Positions 1-9,704 of a stretch of DNA of 64,000 bases are shown piece after piece. Below the pieces are notes generated by a model. That model was given only the letters and a program-made list of their open reading frames with translations. It was not told the origin of the DNA and searched no databases. A program made the translations under genes and the position numbers. The number at the start of each line of letters is the position of its first letter. Positions within the stretch are counted from its first letter, which is position 1. This DNA comes from Planctomycetota bacterium (GTDB lineage: Bacteria > Planctomycetota > GCA-002687715 > CAIWVZ01), in assembly GCA_044222185.1 (NCBI GenBank), contig JBGANV010000003.1:192001-256000 (forward strand), read 5' to 3'.

Positions 1-2
1 CG

Positions 3-212
3 ACCGGGCAGGGACCGGATCACTTCGGCGAGGTGAAGGCGTTCACGCTCCCCAGCTCGGGGCTGACGGTCCAGTACTCCTCGAAGGACTTCCGTCGCGG
101 CGCCGGCAACGAGCGGTCGATCATGCCCGATCACGTCGTCGGGCGGACCTTCGCCGAATACCAGGCGGGAAAAGACCCGCTGCTCGACAAGGTCCGCGAA
201 CTCATGAAGTGA
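3..212 (+). CDS. C-terminal fragment of an S41-family peptidase (gene starts left of the window)
   Basis: Frame 3 reads TGQGPDHFGEVKAFTLPSSGLTVQYSSKDF...IMPDHVV...YQAGKDPLLDKVRELMK*, resembling the TG...LPxSG...PD...GxDP tail of S41 peptidases; absent from the ORF track because it has no start. Confidence 0.65.
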   Translation, partial: TGQGPDHFGEVKAFTLPSSGLTVQYSSKDFRRGAGNERSIMPDHVVGRTFAEYQAGKDPLLDKVRELMK

Positions 213-249
213 CGTCGCTCCGGCGGGACTCGCTCGGCCCGCTGGCCCG

Positions 250-2340
250 TCAGAGGTCGATTTCCCTGACCTCCCCCGGATTGACGACGAACGTCGACGA
301 CCCGGCGGAGCCACCCTTCAACGCGCCGAAGACCGCGCCCAAGTCGGGTTGATCGTTCCGCTTCATGACGCTGATCCGGTAGCTCCCGGTCGCGAGTCCG
401 GAGAACTCGAATCGCCCCTCCGCGTTGGTCGCGGCATCGCGCGGGCCATCGATGGCGTTGGCATCGAGCGGGGTCAACTGCACCGCGGCCTTGGGGTCGG
501 GCACTCCGTTGGAGAGCACGCGCCCGCGGACGATGGCCCCGAGCGTCAGGACGATGTCCCGCAGGGTCGACTCCCCGGTCGCCGGTACGCTCGTACCGGC
601 GACGACCGCCGGAGCGAATCGCTCGTGTCGCACGGAGACCGTGTAGGTACCTGCCGGTACCGTGGAGATCTCGAACCGACCGGCGGAATCGGTCGTGACA
701 TCCCTGGTCTCCCGCCGGACGACTCTCTCGATCAAGGCGGAGAACGGGTTCGTGGGCACCGCCGTCTTCGGTGCGACGTCGAACGAGACGAACGCGCCGA
801 TCACAGGCTGATGACGCGCGTCCACGACCCGACCCCGGATGACCGCGCCCTTCATCAGGCGGATTTCCACGCCCGTGCGGCGCTCGCCCTCCGCAAGCAC
901 GATCTCGCCCGTGCGGCCTCCCGCGTATCCCGGCGCGTCCGCGACGAAGCAGTAGCGCCCCGCGTGCAGGCTCCCGTAGTCGAACGTCCCGTCCTTGAAC
1001 CGCGGCGGACCGAACGCCCGCATCGTCGCCTGCATCGGAAAACCGTCATCGGTCGAGTTCCGGAATCCCAGCCGGAACTCCGGCACCGGCTGGCCGGTCG
1101 CGTCGTCGACGACTCGACCGAGGACTCGCGCGAGCGATGGAAGCCGGAAGTCGACGCCGGACGTTCCGGCCTCGATGGGGCGGTGCGTCACGGAGAGATA
1201 GTCGGACGTCGTGGCGGCCACGGCGTACCCACCGACGCGCAGCCCGGTGATGACGTAGGAGCCGTCCGGGCCCGTCCGCACGCAATCGAGCGTGGTGAGC
1301 GGCGCCCCGTCCGGGGCACGCTTGATGGCCTCCGCGGCGGCGGTCTCGTCGCTGCCAGTGCCGTCCGCCGGGTGCTTGGGGTCCGCGAGCGCCTTTGGGC
1401 TCGGGAGCGTCCGGTGATCGGCCACCGCCTCGCGTGGCGACCCCTGGACGGAGACCCAGACTCCGGCGATCGGCGCGCCCGTGTCGGCGGCGGCGACGTG
1501 TCCCGAGATCGTGAGGCCTGCATCCAGCCAGAACTCCAAGCGCCCCGCGTCGGCACCGACCGGCACCATCAGGCTCGGGATCACCCCCGTGGCGAAGGAT
1601 GCATGACGCGCGAGGACCTTCTTCAGCCCTGGCGAGAGGCTGGCCGCACGGAACGAGCCCGTGCCATCGGTGGTGGCCGACTTCTCCAGCGCTCCCACCG
1701 GGTCGAGAGCGCTGGCCCGCTGGTCGTAGAAGCTCACGGTCGCGCCGGCGATGGGCGCTCCCGCGCCATCGCGGACGAAGCCCGTCACGGCCTGCCCGCT
1801 CGTGAGAACGACCCGCAGCGACGCGGCCCCGGCGGCACCCAACGTGACCGGTCCAACCCGCGCAACGGTGAAATCCGCATGCGAGACTCGGACCAGGTAC
1901 GCCTGCCCCGGTGGAACGTCGCTCATCGGAAACGCGAAGAGCCCGCTCCCATCAGACCGCGTGCGGGCCTGCGGATCGCCGTCCTGCGTGCGAGTCCGGA
2001 TCGCGGACACGTCGACGACGAGTTCGCAAAGGGCATCGCTGACGGGCACCCCGCCATCGGAGATCACCACGCCCCCGATCCCATCAGTGACCCTCGCGGC
2101 GGTGCCCTCGAATCGCGACACGGTCACAGCCGGGCCTGAATCCGCCTTTGCGGGTGGGATCTGCGCGCCATTTCGATCCGCGACCGGACGTTGGGGCGGT
2201 GCCTCGAGCGGAGCCGGTGCATACGGGCCGCCGGCGGTCTTGCCGGGCTCGTCCCCGGGGGGCGCAAGGAACGACCAGCCGAGAGCGGCCAGTCCCACCG
2301 CGACGATCAAGAAGATCAGTACCCCAATCGGTCGCTTCAT
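250..2340 (-). CDS. Membrane-anchored protein with repeated carboxypeptidase-regulatory-like (CarboxypepD_reg) domains
   Basis: ATG 2340 (MKRPIGVLIFLIVAVGLAALGW, N-terminal TM) and repeated GxVxD..GxPxxGA.V...TD..GxF....L..GxY units. Confidence 0.8.
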   Translation of the reverse strand: MKRPIGVLIFLIVAVGLAALGWSFLAPPGDEPGKTAGGPYAPAPLEAPPQRPVADRNGAQIPPAKADSGPAVTVSRFEGTAARVTDGIGGVVISDGGVPVSDALCELVVDVSAIRTRTQDGDPQARTRSDGSGLFAFPMSDVPPGQAYLVRVSHADFTVARVGPVTLGAAGAASLRVVLTSGQAVTGFVRDGAGAPIAGATVSFYDQRASALDPVGALEKSATTDGTGSFRAASLSPGLKKVLARHASFATGVIPSLMVPVGADAGRLEFWLDAGLTISGHVAAADTGAPIAGVWVSVQGSPREAVADHRTLPSPKALADPKHPADGTGSDETAAAEAIKRAPDGAPLTTLDCVRTGPDGSYVITGLRVGGYAVAATTSDYLSVTHRPIEAGTSGVDFRLPSLARVLGRVVDDATGQPVPEFRLGFRNSTDDGFPMQATMRAFGPPRFKDGTFDYGSLHAGRYCFVADAPGYAGGRTGEIVLAEGERRTGVEIRLMKGAVIRGRVVDARHQPVIGAFVSFDVAPKTAVPTNPFSALIERVVRRETRDVTTDSAGRFEISTVPAGTYTVSVRHERFAPAVVAGTSVPATGESTLRDIVLTLGAIVRGRVLSNGVPDPKAAVQLTPLDANAIDGPRDAATNAEGRFEFSGLATGSYRISVMKRNDQPDLGAVFGALKGGSAGSSTFVVNPGEVREIDL

Positions 2341-2610
2341 CGCCGTCTCCCGGAACGGCGGCTGCGATCGGCAGCCACCAACCGGCAGAGATCGACGTCG
2401 GCGTCCGAAACCGAATTCCCGAACGTCCAAGACACCGTGTCGCAGGGCTGCGCGACTCAAAAGACCCGGCTTGGTACTTCCGGATTCGGGCTCGGAGGAC
2501 TACGCTCGCCGCTGATGCAACCCGGACGTGCGTGTGCCCGTCCGCGACCGCAGGGGCGCCAATGCCGGCGCCGAGAGAGTTCTCACCCATCCAACATGGA
2601 GTCCGTCCCG

Positions 2611-3687
2611 ATGAGAGTTTCCGCCATCCTGATCGCAACCGCGCTGACCACGACGCTCGCCGTCGCGCAGACGTTCCCGAACGGCCTCTACTACCGATTC
2701 AACGAAGGGGCGGGCACCGCCACGCAGAACCTGGCGAATCCCCAGGTCGGAACAGCATTCGGCAACTTCGTCGGCTCACCCACCTGGACGGCCGGTCAAT
2801 TCGGCACCGCCTACGCCAACACCGGGGTCGCCACCAACTACGTCGACTCCGGGTGGCCGGTCAATTTCACGAACACGTCGTGGACCCTCGAGTATTGGGT
2901 CAGCCTCAACTCGATCACGACGACGATCAGCTACATGTGCGGTGACACGTCGACGGGCTTCCGCACGTTCAGCGGCGGTGTCGCCGGGTCGAACGGCATC
3001 ATCCTCCGCGGCACCGGAATCACCGACTGCTGGATCAACCCGGCCGTGAGCGCCGCCGCCACGTGGGCGCACGTCGCGTGGGTCTACGACAACTCGGTCA
3101 CTCCGAAGGTGATCTACGGCTACCTGAACGGCGTGCTCGCCGTGACGTCGGTGCAGGCCACCCCCATCACGGTGACCTCGGCGAACAACTTCCGGGTCGG
3201 CGCCCAGACGACCGCCACGGCGCTCAATGGCTCGATGGACGAGTTCCGGCTCTGGTTCGTCGCGCGTTCGGCGGCCGACATCATCGCGAACTACAACCTC
3301 GAGGTGAACGATCGCAACATCCTCAACGTCACGACGACGGGCGCCGGCACTGGGGACCTCGCGGTCTCGTTGACGAACATCGACCCGAATGCCGTAGAGG
3401 GCTATTTGCTCATCTCCGCCACGCCGCCAGCCATCGTCGGAACGGGCCCGCTCCTCGGACTGAACCCGGACGGTCTGACCTGGTCGATCTTCAGCATTCC
3501 GTCGTTCCCCGGGAACCCGCTCCACTTCCCGATCGGATTCGTCGGCTTCTTCCCTGACGTGCCGTTCACCGTCGGCGCGGGAGGCGGAGCCGTCTTCGCT
3601 GGCCAGACGTGGGATTTCGCCGCCGCCGTGTTGGGCACGGGTGTGACGTACCTGGGGCGATCCGGAGTGAAGCGCATCACCTGGTGA
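2611..3687 (+). CDS. Secreted LamG/concanavalin-like domain protein with recurrent C-terminal domain
   Basis: GGAG upstream of ATG 2611; signal peptide ending AVA-Q; LamG motifs YYRFNEG, WTLEYW, WAHVAWVYD, YLNG, GSMDEFRLW. Confidence 0.85.
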   Translation: MRVSAILIATALTTTLAVAQTFPNGLYYRFNEGAGTATQNLANPQVGTAFGNFVGSPTWTAGQFGTAYANTGVATNYVDSGWPVNFTNTSWTLEYWVSLNSITTTISYMCGDTSTGFRTFSGGVAGSNGIILRGTGITDCWINPAVSAAATWAHVAWVYDNSVTPKVIYGYLNGVLAVTSVQATPITVTSANNFRVGAQTTATALNGSMDEFRLWFVARSAADIIANYNLEVNDRNILNVTTTGAGTGDLAVSLTNIDPNAVEGYLLISATPPAIVGTGPLLGLNPDGLTWSIFSIPSFPGNPLHFPIGFVGFFPDVPFTVGAGGGAVFAGQTWDFAAAVLGTGVTYLGRSGVKRITW

Positions 3688-4213
3688 GGGGTGACTCGAA
3701 GTGATCCGGCGGGCGCCGCGACGGCGCCCGCGCTCGGCACACGGACTCCGACTCGGAACCCCCGAACGCGCCGAGGACTGCTTCACGAATCGACGTTCGA
3801 CCGAGCCCGGCGCGGATGAGACCGGTGGCGGCACCGGGAACCGCCCGCGCCGAGGTGACGCCTGCTCACGCGCCCCGGTCGTCCGCGTGATCGACGACGC
3901 TGCGGCCCTGTTCCGAGGAACTTGCGTCGCGGGCGCTCCGATCCCTGCCGCGCTGGCGCTCGACGCCAGGAGCTCGCGGCCGGCTCGCGCGCGTTCCGCC
4001 GAGCCCCGCGGCGGCCTCTCCAACGTCCCCATCGGACGCGCGTCTTCGACGACGAACGAACGGCCGTCGCGGCGGCGCATGATCACACGTGCCGGCCGAT
4101 CGGTCGGGATTACCCGTCCGGTACCAACGCCGTCGCTCCCTCGAGGGCGGCCACCGGCCGTCGCCGTGCATCGGGCAGGGCAATCGGCGTCGAGATGGTC
4201 TGACACCAGCATC

Positions 4214-4229
4214 AGGCACGGGAGTTGCA
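4214..4229 (+). promoter_or_regulatory. Putative sigma-54 (-24/-12) promoter
   Basis: AGGCACGGGAGTTGCA: GG-N10-GC with GGCAC and TTGCA half-sites, about 55 nt upstream of the small ORF at 4285. Confidence 0.6.
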
Positions 4230-4284
4230 AAACGCCGCCCAGGTCCGGCCCTCCCGTTCGAACCCAAACCGAAGAGGTCATCCG

Positions 4285-4389
4285 ATGAAGAAGTCGATCC
4301 AGGGGAAGGTTTCGGCTCTGTTGCTGTGGCTGCTCGGCATTCCGCTTCCGATCGTGCTGCTGATCGTGCTGTTCAGAGGATGCTCGTGA
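4285..4389 (+). CDS. 34-aa small membrane protein
   Basis: GAGG RBS, ATG, MKKSIQGKVSALLLWLLGIPLPIVLLIVLFRGCS*; basic N-terminus plus one hydrophobic helix; below the ORF-track cutoff. Confidence 0.7.
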   Translation: MKKSIQGKVSALLLWLLGIPLPIVLLIVLFRGCS

Positions 4390-5071
4390 ACCGCGCGACT
4401 TCGAGCTGAAACAGGTGCGACCGGGCAGAAGCCATGCGCGGAGCGCGAGCAGGAGGATCGCCCCGCGCGCGGGGCCGAGATCGAACGGGTGCCGCACGCG
4501 GTCGAGCTCGTACCCACGGCCCTGCGAAGGCACGACGGCCCGACGATCGGGCCCTGAGAAAGCCCATCGACGGATCGAGCCCGGCCGGCGCGAACCTGGA
4601 GGACGCTGCCCGCATCGAGGGAACGCGGGGCGTGGCGCGACGAGTCCTGCGCCCGACCTTGCGCCCGACCTTGCGCGAGAAACGCCTGCGAGTCCCAACG
4701 GAGCGGAGACTCCCGCGCTCAGAAGCCGAGTCCTCCGTCTCGAGGCTCGCGAACGCGACGACGTTGCGTCGCGTGAACGTCGGACCCGCGACGACCGTGC
4801 GGTCGTCCCCCGAGGCCAGGCCGTTCGATCGCGTCGTCGCACGGAACATCGACGGGAATTCGCCGTGAACGACCCTGGTCGCGAAGGGACGTCGATCCCA
4901 GATGAGCTCCGATTCTCACGACGCGGGCGGGATCGTCCGGCAGGCTGCGCGCGAGGGTCGTCGTGCGCCGCACCGCGGTGATGGCGCTCGGAGCGCCAGC
5001 CGCGGTCGACGCGGCTCGCGACCTGGCGCGGCCTGAATTGATGGCTCGGCGCTCGTCGAGGAACCTCCTGC

Positions 5072-5803
5072 ATGACCGCCACCGTCCGGCTCGCCGTCAT
5101 CGGAGACATCCACGCGCACACGGAGTACCTCACCCGGGTCCTTCGGCGTATCGCCGACGTTGGCGCGGACGGCGTCCTCCTGGTCGGAGATCTCGGCTCG
5201 CATCACCTCGGCTAGGTCAGCCGTCGAACGCCGGAACGCGACGCGCGATACCTCGCCTCCGTAGACGACGTTCTCGATCGCGTGCGCGCGCCGGGGCTCC
5301 CCGTGGTCTACGTCCCTGGGAACCACGACCTTCCCACGCTCGATCGAGACGGGAACGTGGACGGCCGCGTCACGCAGATCGCCGGCCAGAGGATCTTGGG
5401 CATCGGTGGAGCCGGTCCCGCGCGCTTTGGATTCGCGTATGAGTGGGACGAGGACGAGATCCGCCGGCGCCCGGCACCGCCGTGCGACGTCATCCTCTCG
5501 CATACGCCGCCCGCGAACACGCCCCTGGATCGACTGGCCTCCGGCGCCGGTCACGTGGGCAGTCTGGCGATCCGTGAACGTGCGGAGGCCCACGACGGCG
5601 TCCTCGTCTGCGGGCACATTCACGAATCGCCGTCGGGGGTCCAGATCGGGCGCTGTCTGTGCGTGAACGCCGGCGGACTGGGCCGTCCCTTCGGCCGGGC
5701 GCAGGTCGCGTTCATCGAGCGTGATCCGACCTCGTGGACGGCGTGGCACGAAGACTTGGATGACGGCCGCGTTCAGCGCTGGGGTCTTGCGACCGCGAGG
5801 TGA
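5072..5803 (+). pseudogene. Icc-like metallophosphoesterase interrupted by one in-frame TAG (5213-5215)
   Basis: ATG 5072 MTATVRLAVIGDIHAH...VGDLGSHHLG*VSRR...PGNHD...SHTPP...CGHIHE; all five metal-binding motifs lie in one frame. Confidence 0.8.
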
Positions 5804-7665
5804 CGCGCGGGCGTGGCTCGCCGCGTGGCCTCGCTCGCTGCGCGAAGCGCCTGCCGTAGATCCCTCTCGAGTCCGCTCGCAGCACGCCCGCGCTCGCCCT
5901 CCTGGAGGCGGTCGATCAACTCGCTGGCATGGCGGAGCGTCGAGACCGCCGAGCGTGGCGACTGCAACCGCAGCTCGTTCGACGCGGTGATTCGCAGGTA
6001 GCGCACGGCTCGCGAGAAGTCCCCGCTCTGCTCGAAGTGCACGGCGAGCTTGGCGGCGATCTCGGCGACGCGGTCACCGTAGATGGCCTCGCCCCTCGTG
6101 CCGATGACCTGATGCAGTCGGCGGCGCCGCGAGGGCGCGACCTGACGGTAGAGGGCGTTGCGATAGAGCGAGTGAATGAACTCGTACCGCGCCGAGACCG
6201 TCCCGTCGGGCCACTCCATCACGCCGATCGAGCGCAGAAACTGGCGCCGGCGCACCATGCGTTCGAGGCACTCCTCGACCGCGAGGACGTCTCCCTCGAG
6301 GCCGATCGCGACGGTGGCCGAAGAGAAGTCCATCCCCGCGACGCTGCCCACTTCCAGCGCTGCGATCTCCTGCGGCGAGAGGCGCTCGACCTGCTTCTGG
6401 ATCATCTGCTGGACACTCTCGGGAATGCCGATGACCCCCTGGTCCAAGGGCTGAGCGATGACGACCGCGTCGCGCGTCGTCGAGATCACGCCGGTCGCGA
6501 GGAGCCAGTCGATCACGTTCACCAGGAACAGCGGATGGCCGTTGGTCCATTCGTAGAGGGTCGGCGCGAACTCGGTGGGAAGGGACAGACCGCGGAACCG
6601 ATGCGCGACGACGTCACGAACACCCTCCGGAAGCAGTCCGTCGAGCGTGAACTCGCGGCAACGGCCCTGTGCCACGAGGTTGTCCCGTACCACGCGTATG
6701 GCGCCATCGGCGAGGATCGCGTCGACCGGACGGAACGTCCCGATCACGAGAAGCTGCGCGCGGTCGCGCCGCGCGGCGACGACGGAGAGGAGGTCGAGCG
6801 TCGACACGTCGGCCCAGTGCAGGTCCTCGATCACGAGAATGAGCGGTGCATCGGCCGCGAGAACGTCCAAGGCTTCGGCCATCTCGCGGAGCATCCGCTC
6901 ACGAACCGCGCCCGAGCCGGCCGCGCCGGGCAGCTCCGGTTCTGCGATCCCTCCCGACACGTGACGCAGCCAGGTCGGAGCCAGACGTCGCAGCACCGCG
7001 AGTGCGTGCGTGTCGATTCCCTGGCGAACGACCCTCGACAGGGCGTCGAGAACCGGGAGATAGGGCTCGCGAGGGCCGTGATGCTCGATGCAGTCGCCAC
7101 GGAGGACTCGGACCTCGGGCCGCCCTTCGACGGTGGAAAGGAACGCGTCCACGACCGCGGTCTTGCCGATCCCGGCAGCTCCGCTCACGAGGCACACCTG
7201 CCGCTGCCCCCGCGACGCGGCGAGGAGGTCCGCGGTCAGTCGGGCGATGGCTGACCCGCGCCCGGGGAGGTCGACGTCGGTTGGGATGGTCGAAGGTCGC
7301 GGAGCCGACTTGATGGCTGCGGGCCGCAAGTCGCCGAGCGATTCCCCGCCCCGTGCGCCGTGAATCTCGCGCACGTCACGAAGCGTCCCGACGAATCGAT
7401 ATCCACGGCGGTGCTGCGTTTCGATGAAGCGCGGCGCCTTCGCGTCGTCGCCGAGAGCCTGGCGAAGCTCCCGCACGCACACCTTCAGGACCGCGTCACC
7501 CACGATCGTGTGCGGCCACACGGCATCGAGGAGGTGCTCCTTCGTCACCAGGGTGCCCGGCGCCTTCATGAGCTCGCGGAGCAGGGAATAGGCCTTCGGC
7601 GTCAGCGCGATCCGGCGGCTGCCGTCCGTCAGACACTCGTTCTGGATGTCGATGTGAAGGTCCAT
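5773..7665 (-). CDS. Winged-helix (OmpR/CadC-type) DNA-binding domain fused to an AAA/STAND-type ATPase
   Basis: LTPKAYSLL...LLDAVWP...ELRQALGDDAKAPRFIETQHRRGYRF; Walker A GAAGIGKT; Walker B LVIEDLHWAD; start could be slightly upstream. Confidence 0.9.
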   Translation of the reverse strand: MDLHIDIQNECLTDGSRRIALTPKAYSLLRELMKAPGTLVTKEHLLDAVWPHTIVGDAVLKVCVRELRQALGDDAKAPRFIETQHRRGYRFVGTLRDVREIHGARGGESLGDLRPAAIKSAPRPSTIPTDVDLPGRGSAIARLTADLLAASRGQRQVCLVSGAAGIGKTAVVDAFLSTVEGRPEVRVLRGDCIEHHGPREPYLPVLDALSRVVRQGIDTHALAVLRRLAPTWLRHVSGGIAEPELPGAAGSGAVRERMLREMAEALDVLAADAPLILVIEDLHWADVSTLDLLSVVAARRDRAQLLVIGTFRPVDAILADGAIRVVRDNLVAQGRCREFTLDGLLPEGVRDVVAHRFRGLSLPTEFAPTLYEWTNGHPLFLVNVIDWLLATGVISTTRDAVVIAQPLDQGVIGIPESVQQMIQKQVERLSPQEIAALEVGSVAGMDFSSATVAIGLEGDVLAVEECLERMVRRRQFLRSIGVMEWPDGTVSARYEFIHSLYRNALYRQVAPSRRRRLHQVIGTRGEAIYGDRVAEIAAKLAVHFEQSGDFSRAVRYLRITASNELRLQSPRSAVSTLRHASELIDRLQEGERGRAASGLERDLRQALRAASEATRRATPARHLAVARPQR

Positions 7666-7814
7666 GAAAGCTGCTCGCAGCGGCCGGCACGGCTGCCGGA
7701 CGCCCCCCGCGCTCACGCGACGAAACGATGACTGAACCCTTACCGTTCGATCAGGACTCGGCCCGGTCGGCTCCCTAGAATCCGGCGCCGTGACACGACC
7801 CCAGGGAGCCTCCC

Positions 7815-8060
7815 GTGATTGAAGAAGGCAGAACTGCCGCGCACCTAACAGCCGATCGCGCATTCGTGGTCCAATTCCTGCCCCCGTCCCCAGTGCAACC
7901 GGCGGAACTCCAAGGCCGCGTGGAACATGTGGTCACGGGGCGGGCGGCGCGTTTTCAGTCGGCCCGAGAGATGGTGCGGTTCATGGCGACGGTGCTGCTG
8001 CGGGAGGACGCGTTCCCCGGCCAGTCCATCGCGCCGGGGGACGGGCCTCTTACCGGATGA
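7815..8060 (+). CDS. Small hypothetical protein divergent from the wHTH-ATPase
   Basis: GGGAG RBS, GTG start; RAFVVQF...GRVEHVVTGRAARFQSAREMVRFM reads as a compact folded protein rather than a GC shadow ORF. Confidence 0.75.
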   Translation: MIEEGRTAAHLTADRAFVVQFLPPSPVQPAELQGRVEHVVTGRAARFQSAREMVRFMATVLLREDAFPGQSIAPGDGPLTG

Positions 8061-8199
8061 TGACTCCGATCTGACACGTCGATGACCTGGAGTTCATGAC
8101 TCCTTGGGCGCCGACGCGAGCATGGGCCCGCAAGTCGAACCGAGCCGCTCGAGCCGCGCATGTGCGCGCGCCGCGCTGGCTCGAACCGAGGTGAATCCC

Positions 8200-9663
8200 A
8201 TGAACATGCAGATCCGAATCGTCACCGCCACCCTCGCCCTCTTCGTCGCGACGACGGCCGCCGCGCAAACTCCCCCGGACGCCTATCACATCGCCTTCTC
8301 CGTCAGCGGTGGAGCCGTCGCGAACTACCCGACGCCGTTGACGAACCCCGTGAACCCGGCGATCGCGTTCACGAACCAGACGATCGCGCTGGTCGATCCA
8401 AGCAGCACGGCGACGAACACGGCCTACGCCATCTCGGACACGGCGACATGGGCGGCCTGGCTCGGTGACTCGGACGGCGACGGCAACTACGCCGAATCGA
8501 TCATCCTGTCCGTGGACGCGATCGATCTCCCCGCGGGATCGCGGAACCCGCCGACGATCTTCGATTTCCTCGTCTCGTTCCAGAACGACATCGGATCGAC
8601 GGGAGCGCTCAACGGCGTTCTCGTCCGTGACGGCGACGTCGTCCGCCTGCGACCGGGTGGCGGAGTCACGCCATTCATGACGGAGACCCAGTTCATCTCG
8701 GCCATCGGAAACCTGGCACCGACGACCTTCGACATCGACGCATTCGCGATCGACCCCGCGACTGACGACATCTACTTCAGCGTCGATGCGGACACGCTGG
8801 TGGCGGGGTTCACGCTCCGCCGGGACGGTGACCTGTACGTCATCCGGAGCTCGAACTACACGCTGGGCGCGAACGGCTCCGTGACCTCGGTCGTTCCGGG
8901 TTCGGCCCAAGTTGCCCTGGCGGAATCGGCCGTGAACGCCCGGTTCACGGCTGCGGGTCTCACCGGTGGACTCCTGGACCTGAAGGCCATCGAGATCGAT
9001 CCCCGCGGCGGCACGTTCACGAGCTCCGCCGGCGTGTGCCCGAACCTCCTGTTCTGCGGTGACAACACGGCGCACGGCGCGACGATCGTGTCGACGGTCG
9101 GCGGCGGCACGGTGTTCAGCCTGCAGGGCGACAACAACCAGCAGATCGTCTTCAACAACCCGCTGCGGCTCGGGATCCTGAACAACCCGGGGTCGTTCCA
9201 GTTCAACACGATCGCGAACCTCGCGATCGGCGTCGGGTTCCTGGAGACGACGCCGCGGTTCCTGGACACGGACTCCGTCGGCTATCAGACGCCGGGCGTG
9301 CTCCGTCTGGACATGACCGGGCTCGCGCCGAATGCACCGGTGCTGCTGCTTGCCCGCCATGGAACGACGTCGCCGTCCGGGACGATCACCAGCCGCCTCG
9401 ACATCGACACGGTCTCTTTCCCGGGGATCAACCTGGACCGCGCGGGCGGATTCCGCGAGCTCTACCTGATCGACCCCGCGGACTCGATCTTCAATCTCTC
9501 ACTCAGCCTGCCCGCGCTGATCGCCGACGCCAACGGCCGCGCGACGCGCACGTTCAACGTGCCGTTCCTGAACCCGGGGATCGGGTTCTGCTTCCAGGCC
9601 TTCGACACCTCGAACACCACGCTGACGACGCCGGTGATCCCCGTCACGATCTTCATTCCGTGA
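8200..9663 (+). CDS. Secreted hypothetical protein with recurrent C-terminal domain
   Basis: GAGGTG RBS; signal peptide ending AAA-Q; repeated (V/I)DA motifs; ends ADANGRATRTFNVP...GFCFQAFD. Confidence 0.85.
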   Translation: MNMQIRIVTATLALFVATTAAAQTPPDAYHIAFSVSGGAVANYPTPLTNPVNPAIAFTNQTIALVDPSSTATNTAYAISDTATWAAWLGDSDGDGNYAESIILSVDAIDLPAGSRNPPTIFDFLVSFQNDIGSTGALNGVLVRDGDVVRLRPGGGVTPFMTETQFISAIGNLAPTTFDIDAFAIDPATDDIYFSVDADTLVAGFTLRRDGDLYVIRSSNYTLGANGSVTSVVPGSAQVALAESAVNARFTAAGLTGGLLDLKAIEIDPRGGTFTSSAGVCPNLLFCGDNTAHGATIVSTVGGGTVFSLQGDNNQQIVFNNPLRLGILNNPGSFQFNTIANLAIGVGFLETTPRFLDTDSVGYQTPGVLRLDMTGLAPNAPVLLLARHGTTSPSGTITSRLDIDTVSFPGINLDRAGGFRELYLIDPADSIFNLSLSLPALIADANGRATRTFNVPFLNPGIGFCFQAFDTSNTTLTTPVIPVTIFIP

Positions 9664-9704
9664 GGGTCCCCGGCCCGGCGCGATCTGCGCCGGGCCTTCG
9701 CTCG

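Noticed and set aside
3683-3700. Possible att-site copy of the tRNA-Asp 3' end (GTGAGGGGTGACTCGAA)
   Set aside because: Only a short gapped resemblance to GCGAGGGTGACGGGACTCGAA; compatible with chance
4649-4676. 12-bp tandem duplication GCGCCCGACCTT
   Set aside because: Only about two copies, no spacers and no recurrence elsewhere; likely slippage
5213-5215. Genome-wide TAG reassignment
   Set aside because: TAG ends several full-length conserved genes in this window
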